Positions 24,414 to 33,835 of a stretch of DNA of 36,420 nt are shown in pieces. The notes beneath the pieces are model-generated. The model searched no databases and was not told the DNA's origin. It worked only from the letters and a program-made list of their open reading frames with translations. How positions within the stretch are numbered: position 1 is the stretch's first letter; each line of letters opens with the position of its first letter. This stretch comes from Blastocatellia bacterium (GTDB lineage Bacteria; Acidobacteriota; Blastocatellia; UBA7656), in NCBI GenBank assembly GCA_041497455.1, contig JBGQGO010000002.1, forward strand, positions 1 to 36,420. Reading direction: 5' to 3'. The translations under genes and the position numbers were made by a program.

Positions 24414-27400
24414 TTACGCTGGGCGGCTCAGGTACGAACGAAGCGGAGGTGCGATTGCTCTTCGCACCAGCGCGTTCTTCGCTTTCCATTCTGAAGCTGA
24501 ATCCATCTCGACCAGAAATCGAACTCCTCCTGATTCCAGCGTCGCGATCGGAACTCCGTCGCGATAAAGAATCCGGTTTGCCGCGAACGCCGAAACTCGA
24601 TCGCCCGGAGTGATGATGCCAACCAGGTTCAGAGGATCGGCGGCGCTCACGCTGACCAGCGTGCCTTCTCCCGGCGTACGGCGCATCGCGCGCAGCATCC
24701 CGACCGCTTCAGGAAGCGCAAACTGTTCGCCGGAGAAACCCGATATGAAGCGGCCCCCGCGAATCTCGCCTCGCGCTTCCAGACGGCGATAGGTCTTCAA
24801 CAACTCGCGCCAGGGCAGCGCTACGTCTTCGCGATCCAGCACTCGCTTAAAAACAACTCCGTATCTCCGTAGCAGAATTCGAGCGATCTTCTCGACCGCC
24901 TCGCGATCGTATGAGACGCGGCCGTTCGAAGCCTTCGCTTCGCGTGAGAGCAGCGACCAACGGCCGGCGTTCGCCATTTCGTAGACTGCCTCGCGGCGCT
25001 TGCGCTTCATCGCCGAGTTGGTTCGCTTGTTCGAAGGAGTGAGCAGCGCGCGAAGCCCCGTGAAACTATCAGCAGTCACCAGCCCGCACGCGACCAATTC
25101 GCCCAGAGCGTCTTCGATCTGTGTTCCCAGCAGCGAAACCCCATCAAGCAGATCCGTAAAGAACGACGCGCCGCGTTTCACGAGATATTCATGGACCGAC
25201 GCGGCAGCCGAAGTGAGATTGATCTCTTCAACGGCTGGCTGCGTGAACAGCGGCGCCCACAGGGAGAGACTCTTTCTATTTAGCAACGCGATCGGCGTTG
25301 TCCGCACAGGGCCCGATGATTTCAAGCGCTCGGGACCGGGCTTTGGAGTCGTCAGCCGCGCCCACATCACTCTTCCCGACAAGCACAGCGAATCGAGCGC
25401 GACCGGATCATAGTCTGTCACGCGAGATGGGAATATCTCGCCTTCCCACGCCGCGGCCGGCGCCTCGAAGCCTTCTAGTTGATCGATCAACGCGGCGACC
25501 GCGTCGGGACCCTCGACCTGGTGATCGGGCGCGAGCTTGTGCCACGCCAGCAGGAAGCGAATGAAATCCGCGCTCGACACCGGCTCGATTTCCTTGCGCA
25601 ATCGGTTCAGCGTGTAGCTGTGAATCCTCGCCAGCAGACGGCGCGCGCACCACTCGGTCTCGGAAAGCCCGGGTGTGAAGCGGCCGCGAAACACGAAGCC
25701 TTCGACTTCGAGATTAACCAGCGCTTCGTCAATCAAGCTGACCTTCAAGCCGAGCGAATCGGCTAACCCTTGAGCAGTTACCGGGCCGAGTCCTTCGAGC
25801 CGTCCGCGGACAATTTCGACAAGCGCCGACTCAGAGCTCCAGACGGTTTCGGCTAGTGCTACGGGCGCGACGATTGGCGGCTCGGTCAACGCGTCTGGAA
25901 AAACCGAACTGAGTTGAGGCAAGCGTTCGGCTGCTGCCCACAGATCGGGTCCACCGGCGCTCGTGTGATAAACCGCCGCGCGCCGATCAGCCGCCAACTC
26001 GTCGAGGAATCGCTCCCAGTTCCGGCCTTCGCGAGGCGTGATGAAACCAAGCTCGACCAGCGCGTCGTGAAGCTCGTCGGCACGATCGACCTGCGGCCAC
26101 ACTTCTTCGCGGACTCGCTCGATCGCCGCGAGATCCAGCGCGCCGAGATCCGAAGCGGTCTCGGGATCAAGCCACCGCCGCCCGGACACCGCGCGCGTCC
26201 GCCGCTCTTCAAGCGGCGCGTCGTCGAGGAACGCATACGGTCTGGCGTTCAGAGTCTCCTGCGCGAGAGGTGATGCTTCGACTACGTCGCGCGCAATCAA
26301 CGTCTTCTCGCCGCGCTCGATCGAAGCGAGCAACGCTTCGAGACCTTCGATGTCCATCGCTTCTTCGAGACAGTCGCGAACAGTTTGATTCACCAGCGGG
26401 TGGTCGGGAATCTCGATGTCACCGCCGGGCAGGTTCTCTGCGCAGGCAACTTGATCCGGAAAGACGGCTGACAGCAAATCGTCCGCATCCATCCGCTGAA
26501 GCTGCGCCGGAATCTTCTTGCCGCCTCGCCGCCTCGCGACCGCAAGCGCCCGAGTCGTGTTCCACCGCCAGCGTATATCCCACATCGGTGCGGCCAGCAG
26601 AGCTTGAGTCAACAACCCGCGCACAGACGACGAACGCAAATACCGGAACACCTCATCGAGAGCAAAACTGTGAGTCGCGCCGAGCGACAACACGATCGCA
26701 TCTTCGGTCGCGGCTGCTTGCAGCTCGAAGTTGAACTTGCGGCAGAACCGCTTGCGAAGCGCCAATCCCCAGGCGCGATTCAACCGGCTTCCAAACGGCG
26801 AGTGAATCACCATCTGTTGCGAGCCGCTCTCATCGAAGAAGCGCTCGATCACCAGCGTCTCTTGCGAAGGCATCACTCCCAGCGCGATCTTCGCCGTGAC
26901 CAAATATTCGACTATCTGTTCGGCGGCCGGCGATGAGAGCCCGATCTCATCAGTCAGCCACGCGAGCGCGGAACCCGCGGCTTCGGGATGATCGTCGCCG
27001 GCGAATCGCTCGGTCAACTCAGTGCGAAACCGCGAGACCGACGCCGAGAGCTCGTGTGTTCGAGAAGGAGCTTCGCCGAGCCAGAACGGAATCGACGGCG
27101 GCTTGCCATGAGCGTCCGCGACTCGAACTCTTCCGTTCTCGACTCGTAAGATCTCCCACGAAGTATTACCGAGCTGAAAGATGTCACCCTGCATGCTCTC
27201 GATCGCCCAGTCTTCGTTCACCGTTCCGATGACGGCATCGGTTGGTTCGAGCACCACGGTGTAGTCGGCTGTGTCGGGGATCGCGCCACCCGAAGTGATC
27301 GCGGTCAGCCGCGCGCCTTTTCGCCCGCGCAACCGGTGGTTGATCATGTCGTGATGCAGGTAAGCTCCCCGCCGCCCTCGGCGCGTCGCAAACCCGTCGC

Positions 27401-28775
27401 GAAGCATTCCCACAATCACGTCGAACTCGCTTCGCTCGAGGCTGCGATACGGATACGCGCGGCGGATGGTCTTGAACAATTCGTCCTCGGTCCATTCGTC
27501 GCTTGCGACTGACGCGACGATTTGTTGAGCCAGAATGTCGAGCGGCTTTTCCGGAATACGCAGTTGATCAAGCTCGCCTCTGCGAATCGAATCAAGCAGC
27601 GCCGCGCATTCGATCAACTCGTCGCGAGTGGTCGGGAAGATTCTTCCTTTAGGAAAACCGGTCACGCTGTGGCCCGATCTTCCAACGCGCTGAAGCAGAG
27701 TCGATATCGCGCGAGTCGAACCGAGCTGGCAGACGAGATCGATGTCGCCGATGTCGATGCCCAGCTCGAGCGACGCCGTCGCAACCAGCGCTTTCAACTC
27801 GCCTGCTTTCAATCGCTGTTCGGCGACTAGTCGCTGTTCTCTCGCGAGACTTCCGTGATGCGAGGTCACGTTCTCGTCGCCGATGCGTTCGCCCAAATAG
27901 CGCGCGACTCGCTCGGCCATCCGCCGCGTGTTGACGAACACAAGCGTCGTGCGATGAGCAGCGATCAACTGAGCGAGACGGTCGTAAACTTCGTCAAAGA
28001 CCTCGCCTGACATCACCGCGCCGAGCGGCGAGTCGGGCACTTCAACCGCGAGATCGATTTCGCGCTTGTGACCCGAGTCGATGATCGTGCAGTTCGGGGT
28101 TCCATGTTCGTCGATGTTTCGTGTTCCAACCAGGAATCGCGCGACTTCTTCGATGGGCTTCTGAGTAGCCGAGAGTCCGATGCGAACAAGATCGTCTCCC
28201 ACGAGCGCTTGCAGCCGTTCTATCGAGAGCGAGAGATGCGAGCCTCGCTTGTCGCCGACCATCGCGTGGATTTCATCGACGATCAAGGTGCGCGCGGTCC
28301 CGAGCATTCGCCGTCCGCCTTCGCTGGTCAACAGGATGTACAGTGATTCTGGTGTTGTAACGATGATGTGCGGAGGTCGCTTGATCATCGCCGTTCGCTC
28401 GTGAGCAGGAGTGTCGCCAGTGCGAACCATCGTGCGAATATTGATCTCGTCCAGCCCGAGCGCTTTTAGCTCTTGCTGGATACCGGCGAGCGGCTCCTGC
28501 AAGTTCTTCTGAATGTCGTTCGAAAGAGCCTTGAGCGGCGAGACATAGACGACGTGCGTGTTGTCATCGAGCGAGCCGGCCAGCGCGAGCCTGACGAGAT
28601 CGTCGATGGCCGCGAGAAAAGCCGACAGCGTCTTGCCTGATCCGGTAGGCGCTGCGATCAGGGTGTGACGTCGCTCTTTGATCGAGGGCCACGCGCGCTC
28701 CTGCGACGGCGTGGGCGCGGCGAATTGTTTAGCGAACCAGTTGGCGACTGCAGGGTGAAAGAGGTTGAGGCTCAT
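24414..28775 (-). CDS. lhr: Lhr-family large ATP-dependent DNA helicase (SF2)
   Basis: 1453-aa ORF. The N-terminus is [27 protein letters not shown]. Motif I is AAPTGSGKT, motif II is DEIH, and SAT-like is [25 protein letters not shown] and QRVGRSGH are all typical of Lhr. The long C-terminal extension is comparable in size to E. coli Lhr. Confidence 0.9.
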   Translation of the reverse strand: MSLNLFHPAVANWFAKQFAAPTPSQERAWPSIKERRHTLIAAPTGSGKTLSAFLAAIDDLVRLALAGSLDDNTHVVYVSPLKALSNDIQKNLQEPLAGIQQELKALGLDEINIRTMVRTGDTPAHERTAMIKRPPHIIVTTPESLYILLTSEGGRRMLGTARTLIVDEIHAMVGDKRGSHLSLSIERLQALVGDDLVRIGLSATQKPIEEVARFLVGTRNIDEHGTPNCTIIDSGHKREIDLAVEVPDSPLGAVMSGEVFDEVYDRLAQLIAAHRTTLVFVNTRRMAERVARYLGERIGDENVTSHHGSLAREQRLVAEQRLKAGELKALVATASLELGIDIGDIDLVCQLGSTRAISTLLQRVGRSGHSVTGFPKGRIFPTTRDELIECAALLDSIRRGELDQLRIPEKPLDILAQQIVASVASDEWTEDELFKTIRRAYPYRSLERSEFDVIVGMLRDGFATRRGRRGAYLHHDMINHRLRGRKGARLTAITSGGAIPDTADYTVVLEPTDAVIGTVNEDWAIESMQGDIFQLGNTSWEILRVENGRVRVADAHGKPPSIPFWLGEAPSRTHELSASVSRFRTELTERFAGDDHPEAAGSALAWLTDEIGLSSPAAEQIVEYLVTAKIALGVMPSQETLVIERFFDESGSQQMVIHSPFGSRLNRAWGLALRKRFCRKFNFELQAAATEDAIVLSLGATHSFALDEVFRYLRSSSVRGLLTQALLAAPMWDIRWRWNTTRALAVARRRGGKKIPAQLQRMDADDLLSAVFPDQVACAENLPGGDIEIPDHPLVNQTVRDCLEEAMDIEGLEALLASIERGEKTLIARDVVEASPLAQETLNARPYAFLDDAPLEERRTRAVSGRRWLDPETASDLGALDLAAIERVREEVWPQVDRADELHDALVELGFITPREGRNWERFLDELAADRRAAVYHTSAGGPDLWAAAERLPQLSSVFPDALTEPPIVAPVALAETVWSSESALVEIVRGRLEGLGPVTAQGLADSLGLKVSLIDEALVNLEVEGFVFRGRFTPGLSETEWCARRLLARIHSYTLNRLRKEIEPVSSADFIRFLLAWHKLAPDHQVEGPDAVAALIDQLEGFEAPAAAWEGEIFPSRVTDYDPVALDSLCLSGRVMWARLTTPKPGPERLKSSGPVRTTPIALLNRKSLSLWAPLFTQPAVEEINLTSAAASVHEYLVKRGASFFTDLLDGVSLLGTQIEDALGELVACGLVTADSFTGLRALLTPSNKRTNSAMKRKRREAVYEMANAGRWSLLSREAKASNGRVSYDREAVEKIARILLRRYGVVFKRVLDREDVALPWRELLKTYRRLEARGEIRGGRFISGFSGEQFALPEAVGMLRAMRRTPGEGTLVSVSAADPLNLVGIITPGDRVSAFAANRILYRDGVPIATLESGGVRFLVEMDSASEWKAKNALVRRAIAPPLRSYLSRPA

Positions 28776-28845
28776 AGCGCGGTATTATACCAGCGGCTCT
28801 TATCGGAAAGAACCGGCGTTGGAGCCGCGGCAACTCCAAGAAGTA

Positions 28846-29051
28846 ACTCCGTAGGAGTGACATGTCTATAGCAGCGACGACGGGTTTGTCACGCTCACTC
28901 CGTAGGAGTGACCTTTTCGTAGGAGGGCGGGCACGATGCGACCCAATTCGTGTGTCGCGGAAACGCTATCGAAGCCAACACACAGGTGACTCCTACGGAG
29001 TCAGGACGATGCAATGTGCCGGCCTCTATAGACAGGCAACTCCTACGGAGT
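28846..29051. repeat. Cluster of four ACTCCGTAGGAGT / ACTCCTACGGAGT near-palindromic (11 of 13 positions self-complementary) motifs, family D
   Basis: Copies lie at 28846-28858 and 28897-28909 in one orientation, and at 28989-29001 and 29039-29051 in the inverse orientation. The outer copies are each adjacent to a tctatag motif (28864-28870; 29025-29031), which gives a ~200-bp inverted structure. Confidence 0.8.
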
Positions 29052-29196
29052 TGGCCTCCAAGTCGGTGCCAGAGGCGGCCGCAACAACCCTGTCGGCCGC
29101 TTTATCCGGCGAAGCCCCAATACCGATTGACCGCCGCAGCAACACAACAATATGCTTGTGTCCAATGATTCCCCGGCGTTTGAGGAGGAAACGGCA

Positions 29197-29607
29197 GTGA
29201 TAAGAAACGGACGCGAATACCGAATCACTAAAGCTCAGGCAAAGAAGTTCGAGCAGGCAATTGCGCAGCTCCCGAAGGAGCGCTCGATAGAGAAGGGCAT
29301 GCATCCGCGTTTGGCAAAGGCACAGAAGGACGCCTTGCAGAGCCAATTGCAAAGCCTTCGCAAACAAATCAACGATTATGAGAGATTGCGCCGCCGTGGT
29401 GGAAAGGCGTTCGATGTGACCAGCATCGAGAAGCTTCCACAAAGTCTGATTCGCGCGCGCATCGCCGCTGGTCTAACTCAAAAGGAATTGGCTACGCGGG
29501 TTGGAATAAAGGAGCAGCAGGTCCAGCGCTACGAAGCGACGAATTATGCTTCGGCGAGCCTGGCCAGAGTTCTGCAGGTGGCTCGAATTCTGGGTCAACA
29601 GGCGTGA
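29197..29607 (+). CDS. XRE-family HTH protein with N-terminal helical domain (HigA-like antitoxin architecture), no adjacent toxin
   Basis: The GTG at 29197 lies 7 nt after gaggagga; the ORF track starts earlier, at 29152. The C-terminal HTH_3 is LIRARIAAGLTQKELATRVGIKEQQVQRYEATNYASASLARVLQVARILG. Confidence 0.7.
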   Translation: MIRNGREYRITKAQAKKFEQAIAQLPKERSIEKGMHPRLAKAQKDALQSQLQSLRKQINDYERLRRRGGKAFDVTSIEKLPQSLIRARIAAGLTQKELATRVGIKEQQVQRYEATNYASASLARVLQVARILGQQA

Positions 29608-29875
29608 CGACCACACTACAGCTTGAGCGCATCCGGCGGCGAACTGTTTTCGTAACACTTTCGCCTGAACTTAGGTTTTGCCTTTGGAAATGCCTGCGGC
29701 AGTCACTACCTGAAACGAGAACCTAACGATAGGCTCAGCGGAGCGCGGCGAGCATGCGGCAACGCACGACACCGTTGTGCGGGACGTCCGCTGCACGGTA
29801 AAGTTAGACGACCCCGATCTTTTCCGCAATGCGTTGCTAAGACTTATAGACTCTGGAAATCTCACGTACGAGCAA

Positions 29876-31012
29876 TTAACGCAATAGCGCAAATGGGATA
29901 GAACGTGTGGTCATTCCCCATCGAATAGGTAACGGCTTAGCTTCCACTCTTTTAGAAGCATCCGCACCAGCGATGGTGACGAATAGACGATCAAACTTGA
30001 ACTGTGCCGTTTCTATCCCCATTGACTCGGTAATCATGCTAGCCTCTTCCTTACTTAACCGCTGCTCTATGACGAATCGTACGGTGTTCCCAGGTAAACA
30101 ACCCTTGGCCAAATTGTTTCTCATAAGAACCTGACCACCAAGCCGGTGATCGCGGTCAAGTTGAGGATGACTAAACTCGACGAAGCCTTCAAGCGCGTCT
30201 TCAACGTCTATCCAAAAGACAGAACCATTGTGAACCTGAAACCCGAACTCGACATAAGGTACTGGGCTAGAAAGCCGTTCCCCTTCAAGCGTACACTCTA
30301 CTATTGACACAAATGCACTGATGTTCGTCCTCTGAAGTTCCGCAATGTTGTGCAACCATTCATCAGCACAAGTAGGTTCTTCAGATCGCCTGCGAACTTC
30401 AATGATATTGGAATCGTAAGTTGGCAAGGCTCGATAAGTTTCATCTGTAAGCTCGGCGCCGTACATAGCCGCGATTTTGAAGGCACCGCCGCTTTGTGTC
30501 CGCTCATTACCGAATTGACACTCCACGCTCCACAAATAACCATCGACCTCTGCTCTTCGCTGCCGATACCACAATCCATCGCCGGAATGAATCAGCACTT
30601 GTAAGCTAGTATTAGGCGGAGAGATGAAACCGCGAACAAGAGCGCGCAGTCCTACCTCTTCTCCGTTTATGGGAGTGACAATCAGAAGTCTTTGTTCTGG
30701 GCCTTGCGCTACCGGCTGCGGCCGACGGACCGCGTTGTTCTCGGAAACGAGGTTCTGCGCTTTACCTTGGATTTGTTTATGCTGTCTACTAAGCTGTAGC
30801 CCACCTACTAAGAAGCCGCTCGCCATCACCACAAACGTGCCTGCCGTCGATGTAAAAAAATGCCAAATGCTTGGGAGCCAGTCCGTGATCATCTGAAGAT
30901 TCCCCCAAGCATCAATGGCCTGATAAATACTTTTCCAAAGAGGTGTCGAACTAAGAACGAGCGCGATTTGGCCCTTTCTAGATTTGAGAAACAGTTTGAG
31001 TTGCGCAAACAT
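29876..31012 (-). CDS. Hypothetical membrane-anchored protein of unknown family, in low-GC island
   Basis: 378-aa ORF. N-terminal hydrophobic segments are IALVLSSTPLW and FFTSTAGTFVVMASGFLVGGL. A ~290-aa soluble region follows, with no motif that I recognise. Four sampled 60-nt lines give 47-53% GC. Confidence 0.6.
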   Translation of the reverse strand: MFAQLKLFLKSRKGQIALVLSSTPLWKSIYQAIDAWGNLQMITDWLPSIWHFFTSTAGTFVVMASGFLVGGLQLSRQHKQIQGKAQNLVSENNAVRRPQPVAQGPEQRLLIVTPINGEEVGLRALVRGFISPPNTSLQVLIHSGDGLWYRQRRAEVDGYLWSVECQFGNERTQSGGAFKIAAMYGAELTDETYRALPTYDSNIIEVRRRSEEPTCADEWLHNIAELQRTNISAFVSIVECTLEGERLSSPVPYVEFGFQVHNGSVFWIDVEDALEGFVEFSHPQLDRDHRLGGQVLMRNNLAKGCLPGNTVRFVIEQRLSKEEASMITESMGIETAQFKFDRLFVTIAGADASKRVEAKPLPIRWGMTTRSIPFALLR

Positions 31013-31148
31013 AGGCGCAAGCCTCCTTGTGCGGGACTCTCCGCGTCAAGTAGACAATCCCCTTACATTGCCGTCTAACGCCGAGCTTCACTTGCAGGCG
31101 GATCAATCAAACGCGGCGGCCCAGCCGCTGCGTTCTGCAGCAAGCCTG

Positions 31149-31574
31149 TCAGATGAACAACTCGGCGGAGACGTGAAAAAACTCAGCAAGCGCTTTCGCC
31201 TTGCTCTTGCTGATTGCGCGCTTGCCATTGAGCACCTCGGAGGTCAGACCCTTCGAGCCGAACACCTTCCAGAGATCGCTTGGTTTCAAGTCGCGAGCGG
31301 CCATCAGTTCCCGCAGGATGCTGAGAGGCGTCGCCTTCGAGTTCCTTTCAAGATGATAGTGCTCCGTCTCAAACTTCTCGATTAGCGTGACGAGCAGGTC
31401 GAACAAGGCGCTCTCTTCAGGGGTCAAGTTTTCTTCGCCCTTCGACATGAGTTGATCGACGATGGCAAGCAGACGATCATTCTCGTCTTCGCTCGTGATT
31501 GCGCGAGGCTGGGCCTTGGCGAGCAAACGAGAGTATTTCCTGGCATCGAGCCGAACGCTAGGCACCGCAGTCAT
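31149..31574 (-). CDS. higA: HigA-type antitoxin (HTH, COG5499-like)
   Basis: 141-aa ORF overlapping the higB stop by 17 nt. The N-terminal helical part (ITSEDENDRLLAIVDQLMSKGEENLTPEESALFDLLVTLIEKFE) and the C-terminal HTH (LRELMAARDLKPSDLWKVFGSKGLTSEVLNGKRAISKSKAKALAEFFHVS) are typical of HigA partners of PF09907 HigB toxins. Confidence 0.8.
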   Translation of the reverse strand: MTAVPSVRLDARKYSRLLAKAQPRAITSEDENDRLLAIVDQLMSKGEENLTPEESALFDLLVTLIEKFETEHYHLERNSKATPLSILRELMAARDLKPSDLWKVFGSKGLTSEVLNGKRAISKSKAKALAEFFHVSAELFI

Positions 31575-31857
31575 GTTTCCAACCTCCCTCGTCGTAGTCC
31601 TTATGAGTGAGAATGAATCTGATATAGAGGACGTGGCGGTTGAACGCTATCTTCGAAATAAGCCGCCACTTGTTTCCACCGACGTTGAACACTACACAAG
31701 AGCCAACCAGGTCCGCGTGCGGATATATCATCCGAACCTCTGCAAGATTACTCCAAGCCGCTCTCTTCGCTATCCTATACCAGTCATCAAGCGGTTGGGC
31801 CGCGGCCTTGTGATTCGCCGTGAATTCCCGAATCGCCCGATGGCTTATTATTCTCAC
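31558..31857 (-). CDS. higB: HigB-family toxin (RelE-fold mRNA interferase)
   Basis: The start is placed at the GTG at 31857 (VRIISHRAIREFTANHKAAAQPLDDWYRIAKRAAWSNLAEVRMIYPHADLVG..VVFNVGGNKWRLISKIAFNRHVLYIRFILTHKDYD), a near-textbook HigB_toxin sequence. The longer ORF-track N-terminus is probably not translated. Confidence 0.8.
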   Translation of the reverse strand: MRIISHRAIREFTANHKAAAQPLDDWYRIAKRAAWSNLAEVRMIYPHADLVGSCVVFNVGGNKWRLISKIAFNRHVLYIRFILTHKDYDEGGWKHDCGA

Positions 31858-31980
31858 GATCCCTATGTTCACGCGCTGTGAACCAAACGTCAAGCATTGG
31901 GGAAGGTTCGGTGTTGAAGCGGACTCTGGGTACTTCCAATCGTGGTTGACATCAGTCTTCTCTTGCAGTTTGCTTGATCG

Positions 31981-33051
31981 GTGCAATCACAATCAAAGCA
32001 CAGCTCATCACGAGGGCGGGGGACGTCCGAGAATCCGCCGAATCGATTCGAGCGGCTCGCGTATCTTCCAATTCTCGAGTCGCCCGATGATGAAGAGCGC
32101 GCGGTCAAGACTCAGTACTTGAAAGACGCTTCGCGCTCGCTCCTGACCACCAATGACAGCCCGGACATCGGCTTCGACGCGAGCATCAATCCCTATCGAG
32201 GCTGCGAGCACGGCTGCATCTATTGCTACGCGCGGCCCTATCACGAGTACCTCGGGTTTTCGGCGGGGCTCGATTTCGAAACCAAGATACTGGTCAAGGA
32301 AGACGCGCCCGAGTTGCTTCGAGCGGAACTTGCTTCGCCTAAGTGGAAGCCTAAGGTGGTCGCGATCAGCGGCGTGACCGACGCCTATCAGCCTATCGAA
32401 CGAAAGCTCCAGCTCACGCGGCGATGTCTGGAAGTGCTGGCCGAGTTTCGCAATCCGGTAGTAATCGTGACCAAGAACCAACTCGTGACTCGCGACATCG
32501 ATGTGCTGAAGGAGCTTGCGAGCTTCAACGCGGCGGCCGTGTGTGTGTCGGTCACGACTCTCGATGCGGAGCTTGCGCGAGTGATGGAACCGCGAACGTC
32601 AACGCCAGCGAGCAGGCTTGAAGCGATTCAAGCCTTAGCGGAAGCCGGCGTACCAGTGCGCGTGCTCGTCGCGCCGATCATTCCGGGCTTAACGGATCAC
32701 GAAATCCCTTCGATCATTCAGGCTGCCGCGAAGGCGGGCGCTCGACACGCGGGCTATGTGGTGGTGCGTCTGCCGCACGGCGTTGGAGAGCTGTTCGAGG
32801 GATGGTTGGAAGAGCACTTTCCCGATCGAAAGAAGAAGGTGCTGAATCGCATTCGCGAGATGCGCGGCGGAAAACTGAACGATCCGAACTTCGGTTCTCG
32901 GATGAGAGGCGAAGGCGTGTTCGCCGAGCAGATCAAGTCGATGTTCACGCTCGCTTGCCGCAGATCCGGATTGGAATTCGGCGCGCATGAGTTATCGACC
33001 AGCGCGTTTCGCCGAGCAAGCAACGCACAGATGAGCTTGTTTGGGGCCTAA
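31981..33051 (+). CDS. Radical SAM protein, PA0069/SplB-like family
   Basis: 356-aa ORF with a GTG start. It has N-terminal RGRGTSENPPNRFE, the CxxxCxxC cluster motif CEHGCIYC, and TKNQLVTRDIDVL, typical of the PA0069 family (COG1533-like). Confidence 0.85.
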   Translation: MQSQSKHSSSRGRGTSENPPNRFERLAYLPILESPDDEERAVKTQYLKDASRSLLTTNDSPDIGFDASINPYRGCEHGCIYCYARPYHEYLGFSAGLDFETKILVKEDAPELLRAELASPKWKPKVVAISGVTDAYQPIERKLQLTRRCLEVLAEFRNPVVIVTKNQLVTRDIDVLKELASFNAAAVCVSVTTLDAELARVMEPRTSTPASRLEAIQALAEAGVPVRVLVAPIIPGLTDHEIPSIIQAAAKAGARHAGYVVVRLPHGVGELFEGWLEEHFPDRKKKVLNRIREMRGGKLNDPNFGSRMRGEGVFAEQIKSMFTLACRRSGLEFGAHELSTSAFRRASNAQMSLFGA

Positions 33052-33103
33052 GAGAGACTAACCGCGAAGGACGCGAGGGAACGCAGGAGCGGCCGGTCAA
33101 ACT

Positions 33104-33835
33104 ATGGGAAACGACAGATTCCCCGTCACCCGATTGTCCGCGATCGTCGCCGCTTCCAGCGCAAATCAGGAAGAACGCACGCGCGCATTTGAAGCGTTGG
33201 TCTCCGCGTATTGGATGCCGGTCTACAAGTACGTCCGCATCAAATGGAACAAACCCAGCGAAGATGCGCGTGACCTGACCCAGGGCTTCTTTGCCGAAGC
33301 AATCGAGAAGAACTTTTTCGCGCGTTTCGATCCGTCTAAGGCAAAGTTCAGGACGTTCCTTCGCACATGTCTGGACGGCTTTGTTGCGAACGAGAACAAA
33401 GCCGCCAGCCGAATCAAACGCGGAGGCGACGCGACGATTCTCTCGCTCGACTTCGACGGCGCGGAAGAACAGTTGAGGATCGCAGCGCCGCCCGCCGCCG
33501 GCGCGATCGATGAGTACTTCGAAAAGGAATGGGCGCGAAGGGTCTTTAGCTTGGCGCTCGAAGGCTTTCGCGCGCAGATGCTCGGCGCCGGCAAAGAGAC
33601 TCACCTTCAACTCTTCGAGCGATACGTTCTCGATGCGGAAGATGACGCTCCGAAGACAAGCTACAAAGCGCTCGCGGCCGAGTTCGATCTCTCAACCACC
33701 AATGTCACAAACTATCTTGCTCTTGCGCGGCGCGAGTTCCGGCGAATCGTCTTGGAAAAGCTTCGCGAGCTGACCGCCACCGACGAAGAGTTTCGCCGCG
33801 AAGCCCGCGCGCTGCTCGGAGTAGACCCGCAATGA
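33104..33835 (+). CDS. ECF-type RNA polymerase sigma factor, kinase-associated (ECF43-like)
   Basis: 243-aa ORF. A sigma-2-like region (FEALVSAYWMPVYKYVRIKWNKPSEDARDLTQGFFAEAI...FRTFLRTCLDGFVANE) and a C-terminal sigma-4-like HTH (YKALAAEFDLSTTNVTNYLALARREFRR) are present. The stop overlaps the kinase ATG (ATGA). Confidence 0.75.
   Translation: MGNDRFPVTRLSAIVAASSANQEERTRAFEALVSAYWMPVYKYVRIKWNKPSEDARDLTQGFFAEAIEKNFFARFDPSKAKFRTFLRTCLDGFVANENKAASRIKRGGDATILSLDFDGAEEQLRIAAPPAAGAIDEYFEKEWARRVFSLALEGFRAQMLGAGKETHLQLFERYVLDAEDDAPKTSYKALAAEFDLSTTNVTNYLALARREFRRIVLEKLRELTATDEEFRREARALLGVDPQ

Noticed and set aside
24414-28775. Lhr helicase as part of a helicase-based defence system with the neighbouring Fic/Uma2 genes
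   Set aside because: Lhr is a widely conserved DNA-repair helicase. The neighbouring genes are separated from it by a repeat element and are independently explained. No helicase-associated nuclease or DUF partner typical of Hachiman, Zorya or similar systems is present.
29740-29880. Protein-like plus-strand frame (VVRDVRCTVKLDDPDLFRNALLRLIDSGNLTYEQLTQ*) at the left edge of the low-GC island
   Set aside because: There is no ATG and only a weak internal GTG, it spans under 40 codons, and I recognise no family. It may be a gene remnant marking the island border but cannot be called.
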